A stretch of DNA of 59,895 bases, counting the filler, from Sphacelaria rigidula (lineage: Eukaryota): the NCBI GenBank assembly GCA_964200075.2. It is 8 parts of 8 records of this genome, joined end to end, with 100 filler letters (N's around TTAATTAATTAA, not from the genome) between each part and the next. Parts side by side here need not be neighbours in the genome. Positions count along the whole stretch, not along the records: positions 1 to 7,400 come from CAXNAA020015095.1; positions 7,501 to 14,900 come from CAXNAA020015096.1; 6 more parts are not named here. One strand, written 5' to 3'. The notes under the pieces are model-generated. The model did no database searches, was not told where the DNA came from, and worked only from the letters and a program-made list of their open reading frames with translations. Below are positions 1 to 11,819 of the stretch, piece after piece. How positions within the stretch are numbered: the first letter of the stretch is position 1; every line of letters begins with the position of its first letter. Position numbers and translations under genes: made by a program.

Positions 1-190
1 TCATGAGTACCCCCCCCCCCCCCTCACCTGGACAATGGTCAAATGACTAAGGCAAGCAACAAATGAGTACGCCCCCCCCCCTCACCTGGACCGGCGAGAA
101 CCCGGCGTAGTCCGTCCCGGCTTTTGTAGGGGGGCGAGGTCAATGGTCTTGTGACTACGGCAAGCAAGATCATTAGTACAATTACCCCTC
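1..190 (+). mobile_element. Tandem 3'-end modules of the LINE family (ATGAGTAC-C-tract motif)
   Basis: Matches the reverse complement of 42250-42350 and 42770-42860. Confidence 0.7.
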
Positions 191-838
191 CTCATCTGCG
201 CGCTGCGGCCCCGTTCATCCCCCAACAAACGCAAACGCTACGCTAGGTGGAGCTTTTTACGCACTGCTTTTGCGTACAGAATTTGGTCCAGCGACTTTTG
301 AAAGAAGACGTCCGACTGGCCGCTGTACACCTGGTGGATGCCTACCATTGTGGGTAAGGGGGAGTGAAAAACAACTCTTGGCCTTCAGTATATGCTGTGC
401 AGTCAAGGCTGTTGTTGAACTGAGCTGCGGAAAAAGGGAAAGTGATTATCTTGCGAACGTGGTCGTGGTTTTTCGGAACGGAACGGAGAATTTTTGGTTT
501 CCGTTAACTTCTGAGCTGCCCGCGTATTGTAGTGCGTTCCCGACTGTGACGTTTTTTGTTGCTGTTGTAGAGTTAGTCCATGCAGACAAGTGTCTCCGCA
601 GGGCATCACATCTCCGCTTTTTCTATTCTTCGCGGTACCTTTCGGCGTCAACGCAGGCCGTTTGCGTTGTGACTGACATCTAGCGCGTTTTCGAGGTCTC
701 CCCCTCCTTCCCGTCTCGTGTGCTTCGTTCCCTCAAGGGCGCATGGTTAAAAGCTCGATAGCAACAGGGCAAAACTTGAGCACGCCTCCTTCCCCCTCGT
801 ATCGCGCGCTTCCGAATAATTGTCTTTGTGCTGTGCAG

Positions 839-2845
839 CAATCCTTCTCTGTTCATATCTGCTGCTATGCTGTCGCTAATGGTAATGCTGAGGCTGGAAT
901 TGCCTCACATCAACGTGCTCTCCAAGGTGGGGTCCGAGCGACTGCTGTACCTTTTACATATAACTACATACAAGGACGTGTCGAGTCGTTGCCCGGACGG
1001 GGAATATCCCCATCGTGCTCACATTGCCATAATCGATTTTGCCCTCTTGCTGTAGACCTCGCCTGTTTTCCGTTTTCTGGCTGTTCAAATATCTCAGAGA
1101 GACACAATTTTCCCGCAGAACTACTGACTATACCCCGGCAGTCCGAGTTAGACTTAGTGCTGCCCCCTGCTCCTCAGCTGCCTCCGCTGCAGCTGGCGCA
1201 ACACAGCCAGCTACTGTTCTGGTGTGGGATTTTTGGATCTGATAGACGAGAAATGAAACGCAACGCCGTTTACGTGTTTGATTCTCTGATGCGGATACTA
1301 GATACTCGATATTATCCCCGACCCTCGCTGGCGCTGCTACCGGTGTCGCCCACCCCGTGGGTGTTTCCCTCCATCAGGTCGACCTGGTCGAACAGATGGG
1401 GCCGCTCCCATTCAACCTCGAGTTCTTTACGGAGTGCCAGGACATGCGTCAGCTCTTGGCCTATCTCGACGCCCCGCCTGACACTGGAGAAGGGGGTGGC
1501 GATAAAGAAGAATCGTCCGTACTAGCAGATACACAGCCACGAGATGGATCACCGCGATCAGGTACGTGGTGTACTTTTGGGCATCTCATCGCGCAGGGCA
1601 GCCGATGCGGTAACAGGGAGATGCAGCTGCTAGAGGGGTGGAGAAATGATGTTGTGTTTAAAAAAAAATGATGAAAGATGATAGCTGTGCAAGCCAGCCC
1701 ATAAGACACGCATGCAAAAGTTGGAGTATATACACGTAATTTCCACGCGTTGCTTCCGTGTACGTACCTTTTGCGTGGTCGTCCGTGTCACGTGTGGAGT
1801 CGTTTCCCGTTGAGGTCCGGAGGACGAGGTAGTAGTGGCACCGTTTCACTTTGGCACGTACTTTTGGTTGATATTCCGTTCTGTTGATGAACAGCGCCCG
1901 GGGGGACCCATCCATCGTGATCGCATGCTTTTCCCCCAATCTCGCTGTGGTGTGGTAAATTATGTGCGGGTGAAGGCGAGCCCGAGCCGGGAAGACGAAA
2001 GAACGAGCGCTTTGCGAAACTGACGGAAGAGATCTGCGATGTGGTGGATAGCTACGGGCTCGTCTGCTACTACCCTCTCAACATACAGGCGCGTACAAAA
2101 GAGTGATGTTCCCAGCCGTATCTTCCTTGTCTGCTGACGGTAGCCAGACCCGCTGTTCTGGCGAGAACTCGAAGCGGGCGTGACCTTACCTGCCGATTGC
2201 CGCCGTGTTCCTCCCCGCCCCTCAGCGCCGACTGTATACGACCAATTCTCCATACCCTCGAATACGCGCGGTTAACAGCACGGTAAAAGCGAAGGCTTGC
2301 GAAACACGAGTATGACATTGTGTGTTGAACAAAAAGAGTAAAGTAAAGCCCCTGCCCGTATTATTGCCCTCCTCCTCCCTCCGTCGGCAACTAGTCTTGA
2401 AACTACGGCATGCAATATCCTGAGTGCACCCCCTCCACCGCCACCACGGCCCGCCCTCTCTACGTTGTTGCTGTATCCCGCCCTCAAACGGCATCTGCTT
2501 GCGCAGGACGCTGAGACAGTAGGGCGCGTCCTCGCGCAGATCGACAAATGTAATGGCTACATACTCGGTGCCCACGACACCGCTCCCATGACTGGAGGCG
2601 TCGGGGCTGGTGGGGCAGCAAGTGCGCGCAACCTCTTTCGCACGGCGTTCAGTGATACACACGAACCGATGTTCGAGAAAGTCGGGGGCGTGCAGGAACG
2701 ATACATGCCTAACTCATACGGAGAGGTGCCGCCGGAGTTTCTCATTAATGGGGCGCCGATGCCTCACGGGGTAGATGTACGTAAGAGCAAGTCTGCGATA
2801 GATGAGCGTCGGTTAGAATCGCCCGCTACAGGCGAAGGTACATAG
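839..2845 (+). CDS. GPN2: GPN-loop GTPase 2, C-terminal half; exons 839-926, 1378-1561, ~1976-2088, 2507-2845 (5' exons lie outside the contig)
   Basis: Spliced translation NPSLFISAAMLSLMVMLRLELPHINVLSK|VDLVEQMGPLPFNLEFFTECQDM...|...RFAKLTEEICDVVDSYGLVCYYPLNIQ|DAETVGRVLAQIDKCNGY matches the GPN2 motifs ELPHxNxLSKxDL, FNLxxxTE, PLNIQD and DKxNGY. Splice phases are compatible. The exon 3 acceptor (AAG ending at 1975) is the least certain boundary. Confidence 0.92.
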
Positions 2846-2880
2846 TGTTTAGTGCGAAGGGGGGATTTGCGTGTTGGAGA

Positions 2881-2950
2881 TGGGGGAGACGGGGGGGGGG
2901 GGGGGGGGGCCGGCTTGGTGTTTGGTTGGTTTTGTTGGGGGGGGAGGGGG

Positions 2951-2982
<32 letters not shown>

Positions 2983-3100
2983 TGGGGTGGGGGGTGGGGG
3001 GGGGTTGGGGGGGGGGGGGGGGTGTGGGGGGGGGGGGGGGGGTGGGGGGGGGGGGGGGGGGTGCGTACTCATTTGTTGCTTGCTTTAGTCGTGTGACCAA
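2881..3100 (-). repeat. Long G-rich tract abutting the LINE 3'-end motif
   Basis: ~180 bp of G runs followed by GCGTACTCATTTGTTGCTTGCTTTAGTCG, the reverse complement of the motif at 41-80. Confidence 0.75.
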
Positions 3101-4719
3101 TGGGGAAGACGGGGGTGGCGTGTGTTTGTACTTCGTATTGCCGTGGTTTTTGTCAACAAAATTGTAAGCCCAGTCGAGGCGTGCGTCAAGGTGAAAATGT
3201 GTGGTTACTGTCTCGTGTATGCTGTACAGTTTCCCCCGGCGCCGGCTTTGGCGATTCGGCGTACTGAGGTGGTTGCCCTGTTGGAGTTGCTGGTATTGTT
3301 GGTGGCTGTAAGGCCACGACTGCGTAAATGCTTATATAGTGCAATCTGTAGAGTGCAATACATCGTGTCGGGTAGATGACTTGTTGCTCTGTTGCAACGG
3401 CTGAACCAAGTACCTCTACTATTCGAATTCCGCGTGCTGACTCATTTTAAACCTCTCCTCTTCCTGTCTGGTGGCTGCTTACGGGCTTGTACGTCTTACT
3501 CAGTGGAGAGAAGGGCGGTCGGTAGTTTTCCCAGTCGTAGTCAAAGTACTGCAGCAGCAATGGCCTGGTGTGGCACCTAAAATCATCTGTGAGTGAGCGT
3601 GTGTGTGTTCTCTCGTCGCATAGAAACGATGTGTGTGTGCTCCGTGAAGAAGGGGAGCTTCGAGGCTGCTTAGCGGTAACTTGGTTGATGGTGACGTGTG
3701 CATAAGCTACAACCCATGCAGGATGGGTGCTCTGCGAGATGTACCATTCGCGTGCGGTACGATTGTTTGTGCCCGTGCTCCCCATTCGTGCAAGCCCGTG
3801 AAAAAATGGAGATTTTCAATTCGTTTACTGGTTAGTTGAAGATCAAATAGTGATGGTACCGACCTGATCCGCTACGAACCCAGCCGCGGTCACAAAATAG
3901 ACCTTCCTAAGGTGAAGAATAGGAAACACTCGCGCAAGCAAACTCGAGAAAACGAAGATTCCTGTTGACTCGAATTTAGCTCAAGACTTGGAGCTGGGGA
4001 AACGCACACCGGCTTTATACAGAAAGCTATACGTGAATTATGGGAGGTATCTCACACTCGGGTTTCCTGGTATATTTGACAGTAAATTACTGTTGAATAT
4101 ACGGGAAATCTTGATTTTGAGATACCTCCATGGGTCCGCCTGGAGTTCCCGTTGTTGACACCATACTTCGTACACGTATAATACATGCACCTTTTTCAGT
4201 TTTACGCTGGATAGAGAAACATTGCAACGATCGTAGGCACTGAGCAAAAATGTGTCGTACATACCCAGCGACTCATCATCCCCTAACCGTTGCATGCACG
4301 GGTAGATACTCTGCACAAAAACTCGAATTTTTCATTCACGAAGACGTCGGTTTGATTGGTGGCTCGCGAAGAACGGCACCGCGCAAAACCTGTGTATGTA
4401 CAAACCACCGACCTACTTGTACGATGATATTCAAGTGATGGATTCGAAATTCCGGGTACGTGGCTATATTGTCGGCCGCCCCCGTCGGCGTCCTTGTATC
4501 GTGAACCAATGGAGTTGAGGTGAATTGGTTTTCATGGGTTAAGGAAAAAAAAAAGTGTTCGCCTCCACGCCCGCCTGGGCGGGCTATCTATTGAGTCGGT
4601 ATTATTTCACTTGAATAATGTAGCACCCAGATGACCCACCGCTCCGTTATCCATCTCCTTCATTATTCGTTTTCCGCGGTTCTCGAGTTTTCTTCAGCTG
4701 TTGTAACCTCTTATACAAA

Positions 4720-5100
4720 GTTCGACCTCGCCGTCGACGAGGGACAGGGGCCACTGAACCCTTCTTGCGACGAGAAGGAAAAAGACAAATTCTTATGCTA
4801 ACCTTCCTCCTATGTGGCCCCGACTGATACCCTTTTTCGTGTGCTACACCCTACATTACTCCCCCCTCCCCCCCCCAACCCCACCCCCCCGCGCGCCTCC
4901 TCACTAGTAGTCTATGGTCTCGAGGGATCAATCCATGTCTCCCCGGTGCACGCCTGGCATTGTGATCTTCTCGCGGATTGGGTCCGCACTTCCCCGCACC
5001 GCGTCAAACGAACCCCCTCCGTCAGCAACGTTATTTTTTCGCGCCCACACATACCGAAAGGTGTAGGCTGGCGTCCAGAATAGATGGGATGGCAATACAG
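4720..5100 (+). mobile_element. Degraded, interrupted SINE body and 3' end
   Basis: GTCGACGAGGGACAGGGG...TGTGGCCCCGACTG and CCCACACATACCGAAAGGTGTAG...CGTCCAGAATAGATGGGA match the SINE at 27562. Confidence 0.65.
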
Positions 5101-5228
5101 AAACAAAATACGTACCTTGGATACGACGACGATCTAGTGACCACGATTAGATTTGTAGCGGATCAGCCAATGTACGACAATACATTATTCGTCAATGAAC
5201 TACGACAGTATTCAGTTCAGTTCAGTCT

Positions 5229-5295
5229 GTGTTGTGTGTGTTGTCGTCCCATTTATTCTGGGCGCCAGTCTACCCCTTTCGGGATATGTGGGCCC
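5229..5295 (-). mobile_element. SINE 3' end fragment, inverted relative to the copy at 5040-5100
   Basis: Reverse complement reads CCCACATATCCCGAAAGGGGTAGACTGGCGCCCAGAATAAATGGGACGACAACACAC. Confidence 0.7.
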
Positions 5296-7299
5296 ATCAG
5301 CCTGGAGACCCGAAACTCAGTCTCGATATCCACCACCGGTCTGAGAAGGATGATAATGAAGCATTATGCAACGGGGAAATGACGAATCAGCCCCGAAATG
5401 AAGTAGACGCCTCCTGATTCCGTGCCGGCACGAAACAGCGATGCAGCGTTGTTTGTGATCTGTTGAGGAGAGAGGACCTCCTAGCGCAGCGGAGCAGCGG
5501 GGGCTTAGCTGTTTGTGATCGCGTCGTGTGTGGGTAAGTTGTGAAGCCAACCTGTTTCCTGTACGGTGTGTGCGTGTCTGGTTATGTGCACTGTCGTGTT
5601 CTCCACCCCCATCCGTTTTGTTCCTCGAAGTTCCAGCACCAGCCCATCCCAGACTGAGGGGTTATGGATGTGGAATGCTTTGGGGTTTTGTTGTGATGTG
5701 AGGGTCACATATGGGCTGGGGGTGGGGGGAGAGCGCGCGAGGGAAGACATTTGAGGCTGATGGTTGCACAGGGCCGTCATGTGGGGAGTTATGCATATTG
5801 CATAGGGCAAGCAATGCGTATATCATGGTTGTTGAGTTGTTTGTGGGTATGTTTGCTTCCGGGAGGGAATCGAAACCCTAAACCTGTGCAAAGCTTTCCC
5901 AGTCGCGCAAAGTTCCGTGATTGCATGGCAAACTTTTACTGGGCCATGGCTCCGGCTCTATACTGTATTAGATCTGTGCAATGAGGTGCAGTGTACGATG
6001 CCTTGGGGAGCCTACTCCAACCGCTTGTTGAGTCGTCCTTTGTTGCTTGGGTCCCTACCAGTGATGAGGTTTGATGCGCTTGGTGTAGTCACGACACACG
6101 AGACGGCAAGCACATCGTATCAGCACGCTTCTTTTGTTCTGGTGTCTGAGATTTGATGTGGACCGCCCAAATGCCGACAGATGGACCGCACTCGGTTGCT
6201 GTGCATGTTCCTAGCATCATCCTTCGCAATTTCGCCATGGCTATCGCCTGCGCGGTGACAAAGGCTCTGTTCATATGCTGCTTTCCTCGTACACGGTATG
6301 GTATGTCCCTGTGTGCCCTACAACGGTACAGTACAGCAGTACCGTACAGAACTCCCGTGTATCCCTCCGCCATTTTATACTACGGAGTGAGAGGGTACAC
6401 TGCCATGCGGTATGATTTAGAGTATGACAAAGGTACCTGCGTGCAGCTCGCCCCGTGTTGCAGGCATACCGCGCCGCTGCTTCCTGCTCTCTGGACGGAC
6501 TTGACCGCTGTCCAGCTTCGCACTATTGCTTTGTTGCTTAATTTTATTACTTTTACCCGAAGACATGAGTGGGTTTTGTCATGAAACACTACTGCAGTGC
6601 TAGTCTGGGTTGCTAATTCGTAAACTCTGGTATTTCTCCATCACGCCAGGTACAACGCACGAACGGTACATCAGTACAGTAGTTTCGAGTAGAGCACGCT
6701 GCCGTGATCGAGGGAAGCACGTTAACTGCTCCCTACTACTGTAGTGTGCACGCAACGTGTTATCCACATACTTCACACACCTCCCGTATTTACTGTACAT
6801 ACATGTTCACTACTGTTGTAGGTGGTCAGTGGCGGCGAAATCGAAAAGGCCGACCGGCTCCAACAAGTACACATGCCTTTCTCTGAAAGGTCTCGACCGA
6901 AATGCATCCGTTCTCGAGTGATTTTCGCTTCTTCCCTACTGTGTACCAGATTTCGCTTATCCTGAAATTCCCTCAGTGGTATGCTCGACAGTACAGTAGC
7001 ACAGCGCTATCCATACTGTATTATACTGTACTGTACTGTACTGTAATGTAATCTGCTGCATGGCGAGTTCAAGGTAGCACCGTATCTACAGTCGAGCGCT
7101 TTCACTCATTTGATGACGAGGCAACGAGAAGGCAACAGTAAATCAATTCGTGTACTGAATCATGACAAAATACGGTACAGCATTCTCTCTCTGAAAACTT
7201 GAAAACAGTACGGATACGATCAGTGTTATTTTTGGTTGTTGGAACAACTCGCGTTTGCTTTCTCTTATTTACTGAAAAGCTTTCACGGTTAGGACGAAT

Positions 7300-7400
7300 A
7301 ATCACGACTAGGAATCATCAAATCCACGATTTTTTCGGCCTGATTGCCCAAAAGGGAGCGAGAGGTTGACCGCTGGTCTAAGGGGTATCCACGCAACTTT
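7300..7400 (+). mobile_element. Truncated TIR segment of the long-TIR family at 25535-26444
   Basis: Near match to 26213-26312; cut by the contig end. Confidence 0.75.
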
Positions 7401-7500
7401 NNNNNNNNNNNNNNNNNNNNNNNNNNNNNNNNNNNNNNNNNNNNTTAATTAATTAANNNNNNNNNNNNNNNNNNNNNNNNNNNNNNNNNNNNNNNNNNNN
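7401..7500. other. Artificial contig linker (N44-TTAATTAATTAA-N44)
   Basis: 100-bp N spacer with a core that has stops in all six frames. Confidence 0.97.
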
Positions 7501-10500
7501 TGACGGCTTGCCTTACCCCTACTCTCAATCGTATCGAAGATTCTCAATCTCACGAAAACATTGTTTGTAGCAGCTTGCCACTGAGGCCCTTTATATCCCT
7601 GAGTAGGATGTCGACGTGTAGCTGTAAGCACACGCCAATGATGGAGGCAAATCAAAGCACAACCGGAACGGAAAAATGGCTAAGTCAAAGCGAATGATCA
7701 AAGCCACTCCTAATCAGCGCTCTACTCTCAAGAAAACGTTGTTAACGACAACTAACTGACGGTGAAGTGTCCATGCATGACGTGGAACTTTCCCGACGTT
7801 CATCCTCCAAAAGAAATACATCCTCAATTAGTTAGTAAAATCCCGCGTTCTTAGCGCCACCACTACGGTCTTTAACGAAGCCTGTCTATGTCACTTTCTT
7901 CAGTTGCCCATGGTGGTCGGTATGATACCATGCATACGATAATAATTGAGTACAAATGGTATAACAGAATCGCGAGAGGTATTGATCGAATTTTGGGTCG
8001 AAAGCAATAACCGTGAGCCAGTTCATTTTTTTTTTATTATTATTATTATTTCCGCACATTAGTCTATCGCGTTTCAATTAATTGTTCGTGCACGCCCTTG
8101 ACGGTGGATTGCGTGTTGTAAAAAAAAATCACTGCGTATAGTATGTAACCTGTTGTTGTCTATTGCAATAGACGCGATAGTCGATATTGCATGCAGTACA
8201 CTTACTTTCTGACATTGCCATGAATAATGTCCAGAGTGTGAATTGTTGCTAATCATGGTTGGTCGTTCTCCCACCGCGGGTCTGTCTGTGGATCAATGTG
8301 GTTATTATAAAGGTAAAGATGTTAACCCCACCATGGCCTGTTGCGAAACACCCCATACCGTACCATACACCTCACTTCTCCGAGGTAAGGGTCCCTTAGC
8401 AATTGCGATGCCGCGTTCCGTTGAAGAATATCTGCACTCTATTGATTGGCTGAGCGGCGGCTTGGCTTTGCAATCCCCTTATAATTAGCACGTTTCAGCA
8501 ACTGATGCCAGCATTGCCGAGTTGGAGCTCTCTGATACTCCAGACGGCACGATTGATATATAGACATATAGTAGAGCTCTCTGCATAGAGCGCAGCACAG
8601 TGCGCTGTGGTACAGACTAGGGATGAGCATGTCTTGCTTGATTTTGTAGTTTACCTCTGATCTTGTATACGCCAACTGGAAGTCGTGGTTGCTGTTTTAC
8701 CCAGTCAGCAGTCAGTGCAGAAATGATTGTCGTGAGCACCGAATATATCTGTATCATACGTAGGCAGCGCAGCACAGCTGGAAGTTGGCCGTTGGCGAAC
8801 CTTATTACTGAGTACATTAGTTCAACGTTTCGTCCTTCAACCGAACACAAACAAGCCGCAATGAGCACCGTGTACATGGAAGTGCATCACGTTCAGCGTA
8901 TTTGCATTCTAATCTGTGTCAGCTTCACTGTGCATCTGCCTGTGTCCCTTGGAAAGATGTGCGCGTGCGCGGGATTCCGCAAGTAACTTGCGGTTGGGTT
9001 CTGAAAAAGCATGTCATTTTGAAAAATTAGGTTTGTCCGATACTCGCCATTTGAATTACTGCCCATCGTATGACTTACCTCAGCCTATTATGAACCAACG
9101 TGGGTCAACCTGGCTGCTCATTGCGCATGCACTCCTTTACCGCTCTTCGTTAATTTATAGTGTTGCCCACTTCTTGATTGGACTCGCTATTTGCCTAAAT
9201 TTGTACGTGCCTTCACTGGGTAGTGTTTCAGAGGTTCCCAGATTGATGTAAGACCTGCCTCCCGTATCTACTACTGTACTGACGTATCTTTTCTATTTCC
9301 GCCAGATTCTCTGAGGTTCCGAAGTGGTGTGTACAAAAGGAAGCATTTGGCACATGGTTCGTTGTGGTCTCGTGTAGGTCTACCCCGTAATAGAACGATC
9401 AAAAACACAAGACTCAAGACTTCGCTAGATGGTCACAGCATGCGATACGATGCGATTGATGAAGTTTTCATCCCCCGTCCAATTTTGTAATCCACCATCC
9501 ACGCCATGTTCAGGGTCACGTCTTCATGTGAAAGGGCGCGGATCTTTCCCCAAGTCCATGCCGTACCCCCCCCCCCCCCCCGCGTGCGCGCGCGCCATTA
9601 GAAAACGGTTCGTGGAATACTCATGCCCGCTTTTTGTATGTCGATGCTTCGAAGTCGTGAATGTAGTCAACAAAAATGGAATCAATTCATCACCGAGTTT
9701 TAACTCCTTTACGTGAAGGTGGTGATGCACAATGCTGTTCTGTTCTCTCCTCTAAATAAGGATTCTGAGCCTGGACTCCTAGTTTATATTTATCTCGAGG
9801 ACGGCAACCCAATACTCGTACTAGCTTGGTGGCTATCGTGGTCGATGTACCAGTGAGGCCACAATAGTCCCTCTCCAAACCAACCCCAAAACTATCACGA
9901 AGAAATGGTCATACAGCGCGTGATAACCGATCTCGTACAGGGAGCGATGGGCGACATTACCGAAAACGATCCCAAACGTGAGCGTTCCCAGCTGCTCGGT
10001 GTTCTCGGCTTTCGTCGTTGTGATCCAATCAACATTTTGTCTCCTCAAGCCAGCTACTTTCCCAGGGGGATGCTATCACAGAACCATTCGTACGTACCTT
10101 TCAAGAAGACCTCCGACATGTTGGTATTGTACAATACGCGCACGGCAGACGTTGAAACGAGATTTCGTTACCGTACAGTCAACAAGGTATTGTAGCCGTT
10201 CGCAGCCGTTCATGATTTATGCTGAGGCAACCCACGATGCTGTCCGTTCGACTCTGCAGTACAAAGAGTGAGTGCCCCTATGTTTTAACTCCACAGCGAT
10301 TTGTATCGAATCGTACTTTTCCTGCAGCTGCATTTTTAGCGTTAGATATCCATGATAATTACTGCGGCATTAAAGCTGCATTTTCAACACCGAAAAAGTA
10401 AAATGATGGTGGAATTCCGACAACACACGATGCAGTCAGTATAGGTGGTACATCGCACATCATACTGCAGTACACACCGTACAGAAGACTCCGGCGCTGA

Positions 10501-10880
10501 GATGTGACATCGCGTCGAAGCTCTACCATATTTTCGGAGAGAGGACTCCGGAGGCGTTCTCATCTACCCTTTGTTTCGCTCCGTGAATTCACACATTAGC
10601 TTTCATCGAGACGTTTTTTTCCTCATTATTTTCTCTTTGATCGTATTTTCCGATATGTTCCATTCCTTTTTCGGCGTCGTTTCATTTCAGTTTTCCCCTC
10701 TATTTTTGTATTTTTAGTTATATCCGTCTCCTATACGACTATTTTACGTCTTTTCGTTTCTCGTTTTTTCCCCTGCTTTTCGTTTTGTTCATCTTGGGCC
10801 CATCTATTCTATGACCACGACTGGATCCCTCGTAGATCAACCAATGAATTCATGCACGGCGATAAAAAATCATATATATA

Positions 10881-11476
10881 CCTCCTCTGTCCCACAAGAA
10901 AAGGTACCTAACGGCGATAGATTGTTTAGGTATCTCAGTGGTGGCGACGATGTTGTGGTTAGGTTCGTTAGAAAGGCAAAGTGCAGACGATCTGATAAAA
11001 AAAACGAGAAGATAAATTGTTTACGTCACTAGAACTATGTCGAAATACACCCATTTTGACTCTTTTTTATCCATTTTCCCCCCATCTTTGACCGATTTTG
11101 GACGTTTTCACGCCGAGCACTAGCAATTACATGCTAAGAAAATGTTGGATGGGGCGTGCGTAGACTAATGTCACGGACATGTCCAAAATCAATGTTGGTT
11201 TCGCGATTTTCACATTTTTTGGCCCATTTTTCGCGATTTTTCGTGCTCCCGGGTCTATCCTGCTTTCCTGGGAAAACGAGCGAAAAATGGCCGTTTTTGG
11301 ACGGACCTACTTTTCTCGGCCGCGCGGCTGCATGGTTCAAGCACGAGCTGCACATTTTAAACACATTTTCTTGACCCAAAAAACACCGTAGAGTTAATCA
11401 AGAACAAAAAAACACGATCGGACATCGTCAAGGGCCCGTACAAATCGAGGTACCTTTACTTGTGGGACAGAGGAAG
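10881..11476. mobile_element. Stowaway/Tc1-mariner-like MITE
   Basis: TIRs CCTCCTCTGTCCCACAAG..AAGGTACCT / AGGTACCTT..CTTGTGGGACAGAGGAAG, with TA on both flanks. A homologous copy lies at 24891-25496 in the opposite orientation. Confidence 0.85.
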
Positions 11477-11819
11477 TATATATATATCTATATATTCAAA
11501 TGTAACCTTGCTCAATTTTCCAACTCCCACGAGTACCACCTCCCCTGCCGCTGCCGCCGCTTTATTTGCCTGCAATTGCGCGGGGTTCCTTCGTAATAAA
11601 ACTTGCAAATCCCACCTTCGGGAAATCGAGCAAAGGCGTAAACTACCGAGAGCGGCAGCTACAAGACTCCAAGGACACTGGCGGCACGACAAGGCAGAGA
11701 CAGGCATGAGATACTGTACGAGAATCTGAACCAGCATATACGGAACAACGCGAGACTCACACAAAAGCAACTGTGCTGCAAAGGCGAGGACGCGGAAATA
11801 CAAACAAGACGAAAAGGCC

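Noticed and set aside
743-1525. 260-aa ORF
   Set aside because: It overlaps GPN2 exons and an intron in other frames and has no recognisable motif.
2764-3167. Poly-Pro and poly-Gly ORFs
   Set aside because: They are translations of a G-homopolymer tract downstream of the GPN2 stop, attached to a LINE end motif.
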